A stretch of 64,000 bases of DNA. Origin: Candidatus Marinacidobacterales bacterium. GTDB lineage: Bacteria; Acidobacteriota; Vicinamibacteria; Marinacidobacterales; DATDRI01. Position 1 is the stretch's first letter; each line of letters opens with the position of its first letter. The position numbers and the translations under genes are program-made. Below, in pieces: positions 8,269-17,085 of this stretch. A model generated the notes under the pieces. The model searched no databases. It worked only from the letters and a program-made list of their open reading frames with translations, and was not told the origin of the DNA. Location: the NCBI GenBank assembly GCA_965219415.1, contig CBDCNP010000002.1, forward strand, positions 1,632,001 to 1,696,000. Reading direction: 5' to 3'.

Positions 8269-8703
8269 TCAGTGGACCGCGGTGGTTGCGTCGGGGGGCA
8301 TTTCAACCGGCACCACCGATGCATGGTGAAGGACCATCCGCCACCCCGAGGATGTATGCACAAAGAGGTTGGTTCCTTGCGCCAAAGAGATGAGATTTCC
8401 CGATTCGGGTCGACTGATGATCCGCTCCAGACAAAGTGCCCACGCGAGCTCACCGAAGAGCCGTAACTTGACGTCGCCCGCCTTTACGCGTTGGCTCAAA
8501 GTATTGCTGAAGATCTGCCTCCAGCTCTCCTGTACGTCATCCCAGCTGCTCAGCATCTCCCAACCGGGGTGGACGCATCGGACCCAGGGCTCGTGCAGCC
8601 AGATCTGCTCCATCGCCGCCGCGTCCAGCGCGGTCAGAGCCTGGTAGAAGCAGTGATTCGCCTCCAGAACTGCCTGCTCGGCACTCACAACGCCCGTCAT
8701 CAT
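8269..8703 (-). CDS. SnoaL-like / NTF2-fold protein
   Basis: AN..FY.A....D...M..IW, CVHPGW, TNLF and WRMVLHHAS motifs. Start uncertain. Confidence 0.85.
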   Translation of the reverse strand: MMTGVVSAEQAVLEANHCFYQALTALDAAAMEQIWLHEPWVRCVHPGWEMLSSWDDVQESWRQIFSNTLSQRVKAGDVKLRLFGELAWALCLERIISRPESGNLISLAQGTNLFVHTSSGWRMVLHHASVVPVEMPPDATTAVH

Positions 8704-8770
8704 AGCAGAAGCCCGAGGAAGGGGAAGCGCAGCCCGGCCTGGCCTGGCACCTTTCAAATCGTTCTCTTGG

Positions 8771-8898
8771 CGCCAAACCAGGGAAGGTGCCTATGGGCAA
8801 AGTGGCCAGGCGCCCCTCTTCAAGACTGCTGGCCGCAAAAACACCGCGTTGCCCAGCATCGGCGTCCTTGCCGCGTTTGATAGCGGGGCATCTGGCCA
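8771..8898. repeat. Family C copy (minus, 8771-8811) forming an inverted repeat with a partial copy at 8885-8898
   Basis: Reverse complement reads GCCTGGCCAC-T-TTG-cccatag-GCAC. Arms are TGGCCAGGCGCCCC ... GGGGCATCTGGCCA. Confidence 0.6.
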
Positions 8899-9075
8899 TC
8901 GGGGCTCGCAAGGCGGCTCTCTAGATCCTGCTGGCCGCCCACTAGGCGTCATTTCGTGCTGGCCGCTAAATACACAATTGCCAGTATTCGGGCTAGCCAG
9001 GCGGCGGGTGCTGCTATCGGGGTACGGGAGGACGCCGGTGTACAGGGAGGACGAGCGTGGTACCTTACTCAATAG

Positions 9076-10578
9076 ATGTGGACCCCCCCAGAGCGAATTC
9101 GCCATCGGCTTCCCGAGGTCTCTTGGCCGACCGCGGAGCAGACACGATCTTCCTTGTGGTTCAGCCCCATCCGGCTGGGAAAGACCGTGCTGGCCGAGCA
9201 ACGTACGTGGGTTCCCGCCATGGTGCCCTGGCGAGCCACCGAGGACGGTTTCGTCACCGAGGAAGTCATTGAATGGTACGCGAGGTTTGCCGAAGGAAGA
9301 CCGGGGGTCATTGTGGTCGAGGCCACCGGCATTCGAGACATACCGAGCGGACCGCTTCTTCGTATCGGCCACGATCGGTTTCTGGAAGGCTTGCGAGAGC
9401 TGGTCGAAACGGTTCGCCGAGCCAGTCACGGTCAAACCCGTCTCCTCATCCAGACCATCGACTTTCTCTCCATCAGGCGGCGCCCATCCGCAGACAAGTA
9501 CTTCAACCGTTTTCTGAAGCTCACCGACCGCCATCGCCAGAAGTTGGCACAGCTCACGGGGGGCGAAGAATGGCGTGACGCGTCGGAACCCGAAGTCCGT
9601 CAGAGACTGTTGGACGCCACCGACGAGGAACAGGATTTCGTCTTAGATGAGCGGGAGCTCGAAGACCTCCGATTCGGGGCGAGGGAACGCGTGACCGACG
9701 TGCACCTCGAACACATCCGCGACTTGCCGAAGTTTCTTCCCGGACTTTTTGCGGACGCTGCGGCAAGGGCTCAAAAGGCTGGGTTCGACGGCGTGGAGCT
9801 TCACTACGCCCACGCTTACACCATGGCATCCTTCCTTTCAGCGCTCAATACACGGCAAGACGGCTATGGTGGTCCGCGCAAAAACCGGGCGCGATTGCCC
9901 CTCGAGGTGTTCCGAGAGGTTCGAGACCGCGTCGGAGAGGACTATCTCGTCGGCTGCCGCATGCTCGGAGACGACGTGATCGAAGGTGGCAACCACATCG
10001 AGGACGCTCTCTACTTCGCAGTCGAGCTCGCTCGCGCCGGCATGGACTATCTTTCTATTTCGAAGGGGGGCAAGTTCGAAGACGCCAAGCGCCCCGACGT
10101 AGGGTGGGCGGTATACCCTTACACCGGTCAAAGCGGCTACGAATGCATGCCCACCGTCTATTCCGATGAGCGAGGACCGTTTGGCAGGAACATTCCCCTC
10201 GCGGCCGCCATCAAGAAGGCCATCAACGCCACCGGCATGGAGACCCCTATCGTCACCTCGGGGGGAATCGGCAACTTCGAACAGGCCGAAGCCGCTCTCG
10301 AACGCGGCGAAGCGGATATCGTTGCTGCGGCTCGCCAAACGCTCGCCGATCCGGACTGGTTTCGAAAGGTTCTTCTCGGGCGCGGCGAGGAAGTTCGCCG
10401 ATGCGAGTTCACGAACTACTGTGAAGCGCTGGATCAGAAGCACAAGCAAGTGACTTGCAAGCTTTGGGACCGACGGGAAGTCGACGAGCCAGACGTGAGA
10501 CTCGACACGAGTGGCAAGCGTCGACTCACCGCGCCTCGCTGGAACCCGGCGCCGAAGCCAGCATCCGTCCGCCGCTGA
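9076..10578 (+). CDS. NADH:flavin oxidoreductase (Old Yellow Enzyme family)
   Basis: AGFDGVELHYAHAY, N.R.DGYGG..NR.R and ARQ.LADP motifs; C-terminal C...N.C...C. Confidence 0.9.
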   Translation: MWTPPERIRHRLPEVSWPTAEQTRSSLWFSPIRLGKTVLAEQRTWVPAMVPWRATEDGFVTEEVIEWYARFAEGRPGVIVVEATGIRDIPSGPLLRIGHDRFLEGLRELVETVRRASHGQTRLLIQTIDFLSIRRRPSADKYFNRFLKLTDRHRQKLAQLTGGEEWRDASEPEVRQRLLDATDEEQDFVLDERELEDLRFGARERVTDVHLEHIRDLPKFLPGLFADAAARAQKAGFDGVELHYAHAYTMASFLSALNTRQDGYGGPRKNRARLPLEVFREVRDRVGEDYLVGCRMLGDDVIEGGNHIEDALYFAVELARAGMDYLSISKGGKFEDAKRPDVGWAVYPYTGQSGYECMPTVYSDERGPFGRNIPLAAAIKKAINATGMETPIVTSGGIGNFEQAEAALERGEADIVAAARQTLADPDWFRKVLLGRGEEVRRCEFTNYCEALDQKHKQVTCKLWDRREVDEPDVRLDTSGKRRLTAPRWNPAPKPASVRR

Positions 10579-11546
10579 TGCCGCGGACGAAGCTCTGGCT
10601 ACTCATCTGCTCGGTACTAATCCTCCCGTCCTGCGTTTCTCGCGGGGTCAACGTGCCTCCGTTCATTGCCCCCACTAGCGACGCGACACTTCAAGATTTG
10701 GTCGCAATAGTGAACCAGCGGCGAGACGTCGCAACGCTCACCGCCAAGGTCGACCTCCAATTCGAAACCAACGAGGGCGAAGAGGCCGGCCGGCTGCGGC
10801 GATTCCGCACCGCGCAGGGCCGAATCATTCTGGCCCGGCCCGAGAGCATCAGACTTCAGATCGAGGCTCCGGTGCTTGGAGTCAATCTGGCCGAGATGGC
10901 TTCGGACGGCCGACGATTTCAGCTTCTCATCTACCCCGAGGACCACCGCGCCTTCATCGAAGGCAGCAACAACAGAGATTACTCGGAGCAGACGGCGAAA
11001 ATGGAGTCCGATCCTGAGCTAAAAAGGGCAGGCCCCCTGGCCAACATCCGCCCTCAGCATTTCACATCGGCCTTCCTCTTCGAGCCCATCGACATAGAAG
11101 ACCCGAACACGATTGCAGTGATGGAAGAAGATCGGCCCCTCGAAGAGGACAACAGTCCAGGTGCAAAAAAGGGACAAACGGTGATACGCAGCTACTACGT
11201 CCTGACGGTCATTCGCCGGGGCGAGCGGAGTCCACGCTATCGATATTGGTTCGACCGTACCCGCGGCCTCGAGCTGGTGGGACTAAGGACCTATAGTCGG
11301 AAAGGACTGTTGCTGGGCGACGTCACCTTCTCGGATTTCCAGCCGGCCCAAACGAACGCAGAGCTGGGGCTTCCCGGCGAGACCTATATCGTTCGGCCCG
11401 AAGACCGATACGCTTTGCGCATTACCATGAAGTCCGGAACACTAGTCCTCAACCGGGACATCCCGCAGACGGCATTCTCTATAGAGGCGCCCCCGGAATG
11501 GGGCGATGCGGTGAGCCGGATCGACCTCGATCGAACCGGACACTGA
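10578..11546 (+). CDS. Lipoprotein, possible LolA/LolB-like fold
   Basis: Signal peptide with lipobox LPSC; TGATG coupling to the upstream gene. The fold is a guess from beta-rich sequence. Confidence 0.6.
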   Translation: MPRTKLWLLICSVLILPSCVSRGVNVPPFIAPTSDATLQDLVAIVNQRRDVATLTAKVDLQFETNEGEEAGRLRRFRTAQGRIILARPESIRLQIEAPVLGVNLAEMASDGRRFQLLIYPEDHRAFIEGSNNRDYSEQTAKMESDPELKRAGPLANIRPQHFTSAFLFEPIDIEDPNTIAVMEEDRPLEEDNSPGAKKGQTVIRSYYVLTVIRRGERSPRYRYWFDRTRGLELVGLRTYSRKGLLLGDVTFSDFQPAQTNAELGLPGETYIVRPEDRYALRITMKSGTLVLNRDIPQTAFSIEAPPEWGDAVSRIDLDRTGH

Positions 11547-11581
11547 CACGAGCGGCGGACCATCGGGTCGGCCGCATCCTT

Positions 11582-11651
11582 CGTCAAAATGTTAGACGGG
11601 ATAACAGGGGCGTCTGGCCACCTTGGTATGTAGCACCGGGCCATTTTCACG
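11582..11651 (+). repeat. Family C copy (11612-11651) with upstream inverted CGTCAAAATG
   Basis: CGTCAAAATG ... CATTTTCACG inverted ends around the core. Confidence 0.75.
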
Positions 11652-11773
11652 CCGTGCATTTATGGCGTTTGATTGGCAGCAACTCTTGTCCTCGTGATCC
11701 TGTTTAGTCTTTTTGCCGTTTGATTTAAGGAGGGTAGAAGGCGTAGCATCGCACTCACTCGCGGAAGGTAGGG

Positions 11774-12190
11774 ATGTCCACCGACACCGACGAAAGATCC
11801 CGCCAGGAAGTGCTTCGGCTTCTGGAAGCCATGCGCCAGGACTATGTGCGAGGCAGCTTGAAGCTCTACAAGGAACACCTCTCGGAAGACGCCATCTCAC
11901 TTGGGATCGGCGATCCCGGGGTCCGCAAAGGCAAGGAAAGCTGCCTCGAGTACCTACGCCTTTCCACCCAAAAGGGATTGGTACAGGAAGTTCAGGCGGA
12001 GACGGAGGACGTCAAGTTGCTCGGCGATCTTGCGATCGTAGTCGAGAGTTTCACATCACGCTATAAGATAAAGGACGAGTCCTTTCGGGACTACGGTCGG
12101 TCGACCAGCGTTCTGCAGCTTCGTAAAGGGCGCTGGTATGTGATCCTCTCTCACATCGAGAGGCTGGCCTCCAACAAAGTCATACCTTAG
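11774..12190 (+). CDS. SnoaL/DUF4440-like NTF2-fold protein
   Basis: LLGDLAIV, GRSTSVL and GRWYVILSH pattern. Confidence 0.8.
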   Translation: MSTDTDERSRQEVLRLLEAMRQDYVRGSLKLYKEHLSEDAISLGIGDPGVRKGKESCLEYLRLSTQKGLVQEVQAETEDVKLLGDLAIVVESFTSRYKIKDESFRDYGRSTSVLQLRKGRWYVILSHIERLASNKVIP

Positions 12191-12200
12191 CTTGCTGCCA

Positions 12201-12261
12201 AGTAAACAGTCATCAACTATCAGTGGCGACTTTACTGATCACTGTTCACTGATTACTATCC
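12201..12261. repeat. Inverted heptamer arrays between convergent genes (possible bidirectional terminator)
   Basis: agtaaac-agtcatc-aactatc-agt facing actgatc-actgttc-actgatt-actatcc. Confidence 0.65.
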
Positions 12262-12272
12262 ACGGATTGCGT

Positions 12273-13199
12273 TCAGCGGATGCGGTACGTGACCAAAGAG
12301 AGGATGTTGAACAAGCCGTCGGTTTGGCTCGCGGTGCTGGGTGGCCGAATGACGTCGAGGGGGCTATAAAACACTTCGCCGCTAATGCTGAATCGTTCGG
12401 TGATGGCATAGCTCACGCCGCCTGTGAAAGACACCGTGAAACCCTCGGCTAGCAGGAGCGTCCGGTCGATCAGTCCCGAATAGCGGGCGTTTACCTGGAA
12501 ATCGGCGTCCAGGTAGTTGAACGCAACGCCGAGGTACGGTTCCAACTTGCCCGCGGCGTCCACCTGAAACGCGGAGCTCACCTCCACACCAAAGGAGCCG
12601 AGCGAGTACGTGTCTTCCGATACCTCTCGGCAATCGAACGGATTGCGGATCGGATCCACACCTGCCGCAACTGTCTCCTCGTCACAGGTGAAATCGCCTT
12701 CGATAGTCCCGAATTGCCCATATCCCCGGAGGCCGAGCCGCCACCTCTCTCCTTGGTACAGGGGCCGTCCGATAGCAGCACCAAACAAATGTGGCTTCAC
12801 ACCGAACGCGTTCACCGGCGGAACGTAGGTCAACGTCAGTGAGAAGTCGTTGGGCAGGCCGAATACGAACCACGGCCGAATGAATACCGACGTCTTGTTC
12901 AGATCTTCCAGCTTGGTTCCTTCGAATCCCACCGTCCGCTGCGCGTCGTTGAGAGATGGGACCCAATCGATTTCGAGGCCCACATCGATCGTCCCCGAGC
13001 GAGTGGGGCGCGGCGATCCGAATCCAGTCAACAGATTCATGGATCCAAAGTACTTCATCGCCCACGCCTCAGGACGTGAGAAGTCCAATTCCTCTTCGAA
13101 TTCGACTACTGGTTGAGCACCGGCGATAGCAACCGGCATCAGAAAGAAAATGGTCGTGGCAAAGCTGATCCAACGTGTCGTCCGAGTTGATTTCCTCAT
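12273..13199 (-). CDS. Predicted outer-membrane beta-barrel protein
   Basis: Signal peptide ending AGA-Q, amphipathic beta strands, C-terminal LVTYRI. Confidence 0.65.
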   Translation of the reverse strand: MRKSTRTTRWISFATTIFFLMPVAIAGAQPVVEFEEELDFSRPEAWAMKYFGSMNLLTGFGSPRPTRSGTIDVGLEIDWVPSLNDAQRTVGFEGTKLEDLNKTSVFIRPWFVFGLPNDFSLTLTYVPPVNAFGVKPHLFGAAIGRPLYQGERWRLGLRGYGQFGTIEGDFTCDEETVAAGVDPIRNPFDCREVSEDTYSLGSFGVEVSSAFQVDAAGKLEPYLGVAFNYLDADFQVNARYSGLIDRTLLLAEGFTVSFTGGVSYAITERFSISGEVFYSPLDVIRPPSTASQTDGLFNILSLVTYRIR

Positions 13200-13425
13200 C
13201 CAATCATGAAGTGCAAGCTTTGTGCCCGACCGGGACCTCCAGTTGGACCGTAACTGATACAAATTATTGACAATAGAGCTATCCAAAACACCGGCCGAAC
13301 GACCCGGCTTACCGGTTGCGTAAGCGACTTACGAAATTGGTAAGAGCTGCAAACTCACGGCTACTCGGGAAGTTCGTTCGTCTAATTGTGACGTTAGAGT
13401 TATCATGATTGGGAAGGGAGGCGAT

Positions 13426-13889
13426 ATGGAACTCTATCTCGTGCAACACGGCGCCGCGGCGACAAAAGAGGAAGATCCGCAGCGGCCTTTGAACGAAACG
13501 GGGCGAGCTTTTTCAAAACGGTCGGCCGCCCACGCCGTGCGTCTTGGTGTACGAGTCGCGGAGGTTCGCCACTCCACACATTTGCGTGCCATCCAAACCG
13601 CCGAAGAGTTCGAGAGCGCTCTGGGTGCCCGCGGCGCGAGGTGGAGGGCCTCGATCCCGACGATGATGTGAGCCCGCTCCGGCGAGAAGTCCAATCTCGC
13701 AGCGAGGGTCTGCTAGTAGTAGGCCACCTGCCATTCCTCGCTCGGTTGGCTGCGGCGCTTCTCTGTCAAAACGAAAGCATGCCAGTGGTGGGCTTTCGGC
13801 AGGCCGGCCTGGTGAAGCTCGAGCGGGCGGAGGGTGGCACTTGGAGCGTAACCTGGGCACTGCCTCCCGAGATCGTGCCGGAAGCCTGA
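13426..13889 (+). pseudogene. sixA: Phosphohistidine phosphatase SixA, frameshifted
   Basis: LYLVQHG..R.L..RA.QTAE in one frame; GLDPDDD..LLVVGHLP in the next. Break near 13625-13641. Confidence 0.8.
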
Positions 13890-13900
13890 GGGAGTTTGAG

Positions 13901-16117
13901 CTAGCTAACTTCCCAGATGCGAATGCGACCGTCCGACATGGCGCAGGCGATCTGGCGCCCCTGGCCTAGAACCGCCACGCTGGCGAACGCCTCTTCTTGA
14001 GTTCCCCAAAGGGTTGCGGAGGGCGTGCCCTTTTCCAGATCCCAGAGAATGAGCGAGTTGTCCATCGCGACGGTAGCCAAATGCTCACCGTCGGGAAAAA
14101 AGCCTATCGAGGAAATCGCCTTCTTGTGCCCGTCTAGCAGCGCCACTTGGGCTCGCTGTTCGAGATCGAAGATACGGACGGTCCGATCCTGCCCTCCGCT
14201 GGCGATCAAATTCCCGTCCGGTGAAGTGGTCATACAGCTAACGCCTGCCTCGTGACCACGGAGCGTGGAAGTAAGTCTCCCGGTGACCGCATCCTGAACG
14301 CGCATGAGCCGGTTCGTATGACCGGTGACGATGACCGCACCTTCGCGTGCGTAGACGAGGGAGGTGACACCCGCGGGCTGCCGATGGATGCGACGGCGAG
14401 CTTCGCCGAGACGCAAGGCCTCGAGCTCCCAAAGTTTGAGTGCGGAATCTTGTCCTCCGGAGGCCAAGCTCTTCCCGTCCGGCGAGAAGGCCAAGGCGCC
14501 CACAGCGGAATCGTGCCCCAGCTTCACCTTCATTTCTTCGCCCGTGTCGAGGCCCCAGACGTGTATGGCCCCATCAAGGTGTCCGGACGCAAGCAACGCT
14601 CCGTCGCCAGACATGACTAACGTCGTAACCAAGCCCTCGTGGCCAGTCCGCTTGTGCATGTCGCTTCGTAGGGTCGCCAACTTGTTGCGGACCTCAGGGT
14701 CCCACAGGCGAATGGCGCCATCGAGCCCTCCTACCGCAACCAAGTTCTCCATCGGCGAGATGGCGACGGCGCGGATCTCAACCGGCTCACCGAACGTAAC
14801 TTGCTCGCGAAACTGGGCTCCCGCCCTCAGCCGTGCCTCGGTGCCGGTGAACGTCCGGTGTTGTCCGGTTCGCACTCGTCCCGGTGCGGCGGGTGTGTCC
14901 AAGATCTCGCGCAGCTCGACGGCCGGCGGAAATTTCGGATCGATCGCTAGAACATCGCCTACGATGCGGAGCGCTTCGGTGCGGTTGCCACCGGTCAGGG
15001 CGAAGCGAGCCTCGTCGATCCACTTTTCGATATCGATCTTCGCGTCGGTCGGCACGCGACGCTTCGCCGGGGGCGGTTGCGCCAACGTGGGCTCGTCGGC
15101 TTGCTCACGGAGCTCGCGCTCGAGCAGTGCGATCAGGTCCGACACCTCCGGGCGGGATGGCTCGAGGACTTGCGCACGCCGCGCCGCTTCGAGCGCCCGC
15201 CCGGTTTGGCTCTGTTCGCGAAGTGTTCGAGCAAGCCCGAGATTCCGTGAATAGCTGCCCTCTCTCGCCTCATCGGTCAAACCTACTTCGGCTGCCGGTG
15301 CGCCCATAGCTTGTTGAAGGGCATCCGCCATTTCCGCGAGATTGCGATAGCGACCGTCTGGATCTTTGGTCAATGCGCGATCGACGACCTCCACCACGCC
15401 GTCGGGAAGACCTATCGCACGGGCGTCGAGGGATGGTGGTGAGGCATGGACGATCTTATAGATCAGGCTAGGAATGGTATCTGTGTCGAAGGGACGGTGC
15501 CCGCTCAGAAGCTCGTAGAGGATCGTTCCCACCGCCCACATGTCGGCGCGATGATCGACCGGCTCGCCCTTGATTTGCTCAGGTGCCATGTAGGTAGGTG
15601 TGCCCATCACCAGACCGGTCTTGGTTTTCGCTCCGGTAGCACCCTCGAGCCGCGCGATGCCGAAATCTAGGATCTTGGCTGTTCCATCGGGAAGGACCTG
15701 AATGTTTCCGGGCTTGACGTCCCGGTGAATGACGCCCCGCTTGTGAGCGAAGTCGAGACCCCGGCACACCTGGGTCACTAAATTAACCTTGTCCTCGAGT
15801 CGGGTGAGCTTCTGGTGGTCGACGATCTCTCCGAGATCCAGTCCACCGAGTAGCTCCATGGCGATGAAGTGCTTACCTTCATGCACGCCCAGCTCGAAAA
15901 TGGTCACGATGTTGGGATGCTGCATCGCGGCGGCGGACTGAGCCTCACGGAGAAAACGATCCTTCATCTCCTTCTCGGCCAGAAGCTCCTCGGACATCGT
16001 CTTGATCGCCACCTCCCGACCGAGGTCTGGGTCGCGGGCCTTATAAACCGTGCCCATCGCTCCTCTTCCTAGCTCGCCTATGATCTCGTATTTTCCGATT
16101 TTTTCGGGGGCTGACAT
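13901..16117 (-). CDS. Hanks-type Ser/Thr kinase with TPR-like helices and WD40 propeller
   Basis: LGRGAMG, VAIK, HRDVKPGN, DFG and APE motifs; about 7 GH...WD-type repeats. Confidence 0.92.
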   Translation of the reverse strand: MSAPEKIGKYEIIGELGRGAMGTVYKARDPDLGREVAIKTMSEELLAEKEMKDRFLREAQSAAAMQHPNIVTIFELGVHEGKHFIAMELLGGLDLGEIVDHQKLTRLEDKVNLVTQVCRGLDFAHKRGVIHRDVKPGNIQVLPDGTAKILDFGIARLEGATGAKTKTGLVMGTPTYMAPEQIKGEPVDHRADMWAVGTILYELLSGHRPFDTDTIPSLIYKIVHASPPSLDARAIGLPDGVVEVVDRALTKDPDGRYRNLAEMADALQQAMGAPAAEVGLTDEAREGSYSRNLGLARTLREQSQTGRALEAARRAQVLEPSRPEVSDLIALLERELREQADEPTLAQPPPAKRRVPTDAKIDIEKWIDEARFALTGGNRTEALRIVGDVLAIDPKFPPAVELREILDTPAAPGRVRTGQHRTFTGTEARLRAGAQFREQVTFGEPVEIRAVAISPMENLVAVGGLDGAIRLWDPEVRNKLATLRSDMHKRTGHEGLVTTLVMSGDGALLASGHLDGAIHVWGLDTGEEMKVKLGHDSAVGALAFSPDGKSLASGGQDSALKLWELEALRLGEARRRIHRQPAGVTSLVYAREGAVIVTGHTNRLMRVQDAVTGRLTSTLRGHEAGVSCMTTSPDGNLIASGGQDRTVRIFDLEQRAQVALLDGHKKAISSIGFFPDGEHLATVAMDNSLILWDLEKGTPSATLWGTQEEAFASVAVLGQGRQIACAMSDGRIRIWEVS

Positions 16118-16165
16118 TTGGCGGTGTCCTAGGGCTTCGAGTGCCTCGAGGAATGCAGGAAAACG

Positions 16166-16194
16166 ACTATAGCGTTGCTGGCCACTCCTGTCAA
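16166..16194 (-). promoter_or_regulatory. Sigma70 promoter of the kinase gene
   Basis: TTGACA-17-TATAGT on the minus strand. Confidence 0.75.
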
Positions 16195-16216
16195 CCTCAT
16201 GCCAAAACAGGGTTTA

Positions 16217-16517
16217 AGATGGTTTCCTCATCCTTTACTCCCTCTCCCTCAGGCTACTGTGGCCGTCAAAATGCGTTGTGCCAACGAACAAAGTGGTCAG
16301 ACGGCGGGTGAGGGTCAGATGGTCTCTTCATCCTTTACTCCCTCTCCCTCAGGCCACTGTGGCCGTCAAAATGCGTTGTGCCAGCGAACAAAGTGGTCAG
16401 TCGGCGGGTGAGGGCCAGATGGTCTCTTCGTCCTTTACTCCCTCTCCCCTCAGGCCACTGTGGCCGTCAAAATGCGTTGTGCCAAGCAAACAAAGTGGTC
16501 AGACGGCGGGTGAGGGC
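16217..16517. repeat. Tandem array of three ~100-bp units containing the family C motif
   Basis: Near-identical units start at 16217, 16317 and 16417. Period is not a multiple of 3. Confidence 0.95.
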
Positions 16518-16539
16518 AAACGAAGCTGGCTTACTTCAA

Positions 16540-16983
16540 TTAAGACGCGCGCGGCGAGACCTCATCGACTTCGATGAACTTGCCTCGGTCTTCGGGACTA
16601 GGGATTTGACAGACTTCGTATCGTCCAAAAACGCGATAGCGATTCCGGGCGACGAGGTTATAGCCAAAATCGAGTAACCCGCCAGGTAGATATCCGAGAA
16701 CCTGGGCGAGGCGCCAGGGACCACCCAGCTCCCCGAGTATGAAGAGCACCGCCTCCGATCTCATGAGAAGCCTCTCGGACGAAGTCCCTTGTCGAGCGAG
16801 AACATAGAGCGTGTCCAGGTCTCGTGGATCCTTCCCGTACGCTGACAGGGCCTCGGCTGCGAAGCGGCTCTGCAAGGACGCGTAGCGGAAAACCCCCTGT
16901 CGATCGCGGCGGATCACGAACCGATTGAGGCGGCTACACAGACCGCACACCCCGTCGTAGAGAATGATGTGACCTTGGTCCAC
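16540..16983 (-). CDS. DCC1-like thiol-disulfide oxidoreductase (DUF393)
   Basis: LYDGVCGLC and Y..VARNRYRVFG...C motifs. Confidence 0.92.
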   Translation of the reverse strand: MDQGHIILYDGVCGLCSRLNRFVIRRDRQGVFRYASLQSRFAAEALSAYGKDPRDLDTLYVLARQGTSSERLLMRSEAVLFILGELGGPWRLAQVLGYLPGGLLDFGYNLVARNRYRVFGRYEVCQIPSPEDRGKFIEVDEVSPRAS

Positions 16984-17085
16984 CTGACTTCCCTCTCCCC
17001 TCAGAGTAACAATAAACCAGCTTGGCGTCCAAGTGTAGCTGGCGCTTGTCTTTGCCCCTGAGATGCTGTAACAAACGGCTCATCG

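Noticed and set aside
13308-13345. CTTACC...CGTAAG-CGA-CTTACG...GGTAAG palindrome
   Set aside because: It is a single occurrence in a divergent promoter region. It could be an operator, but nothing else supports that.
16217-16517. CRISPR array
   Set aside because: Units are near-identical over their whole length with no unique spacers, and no cas genes are present.
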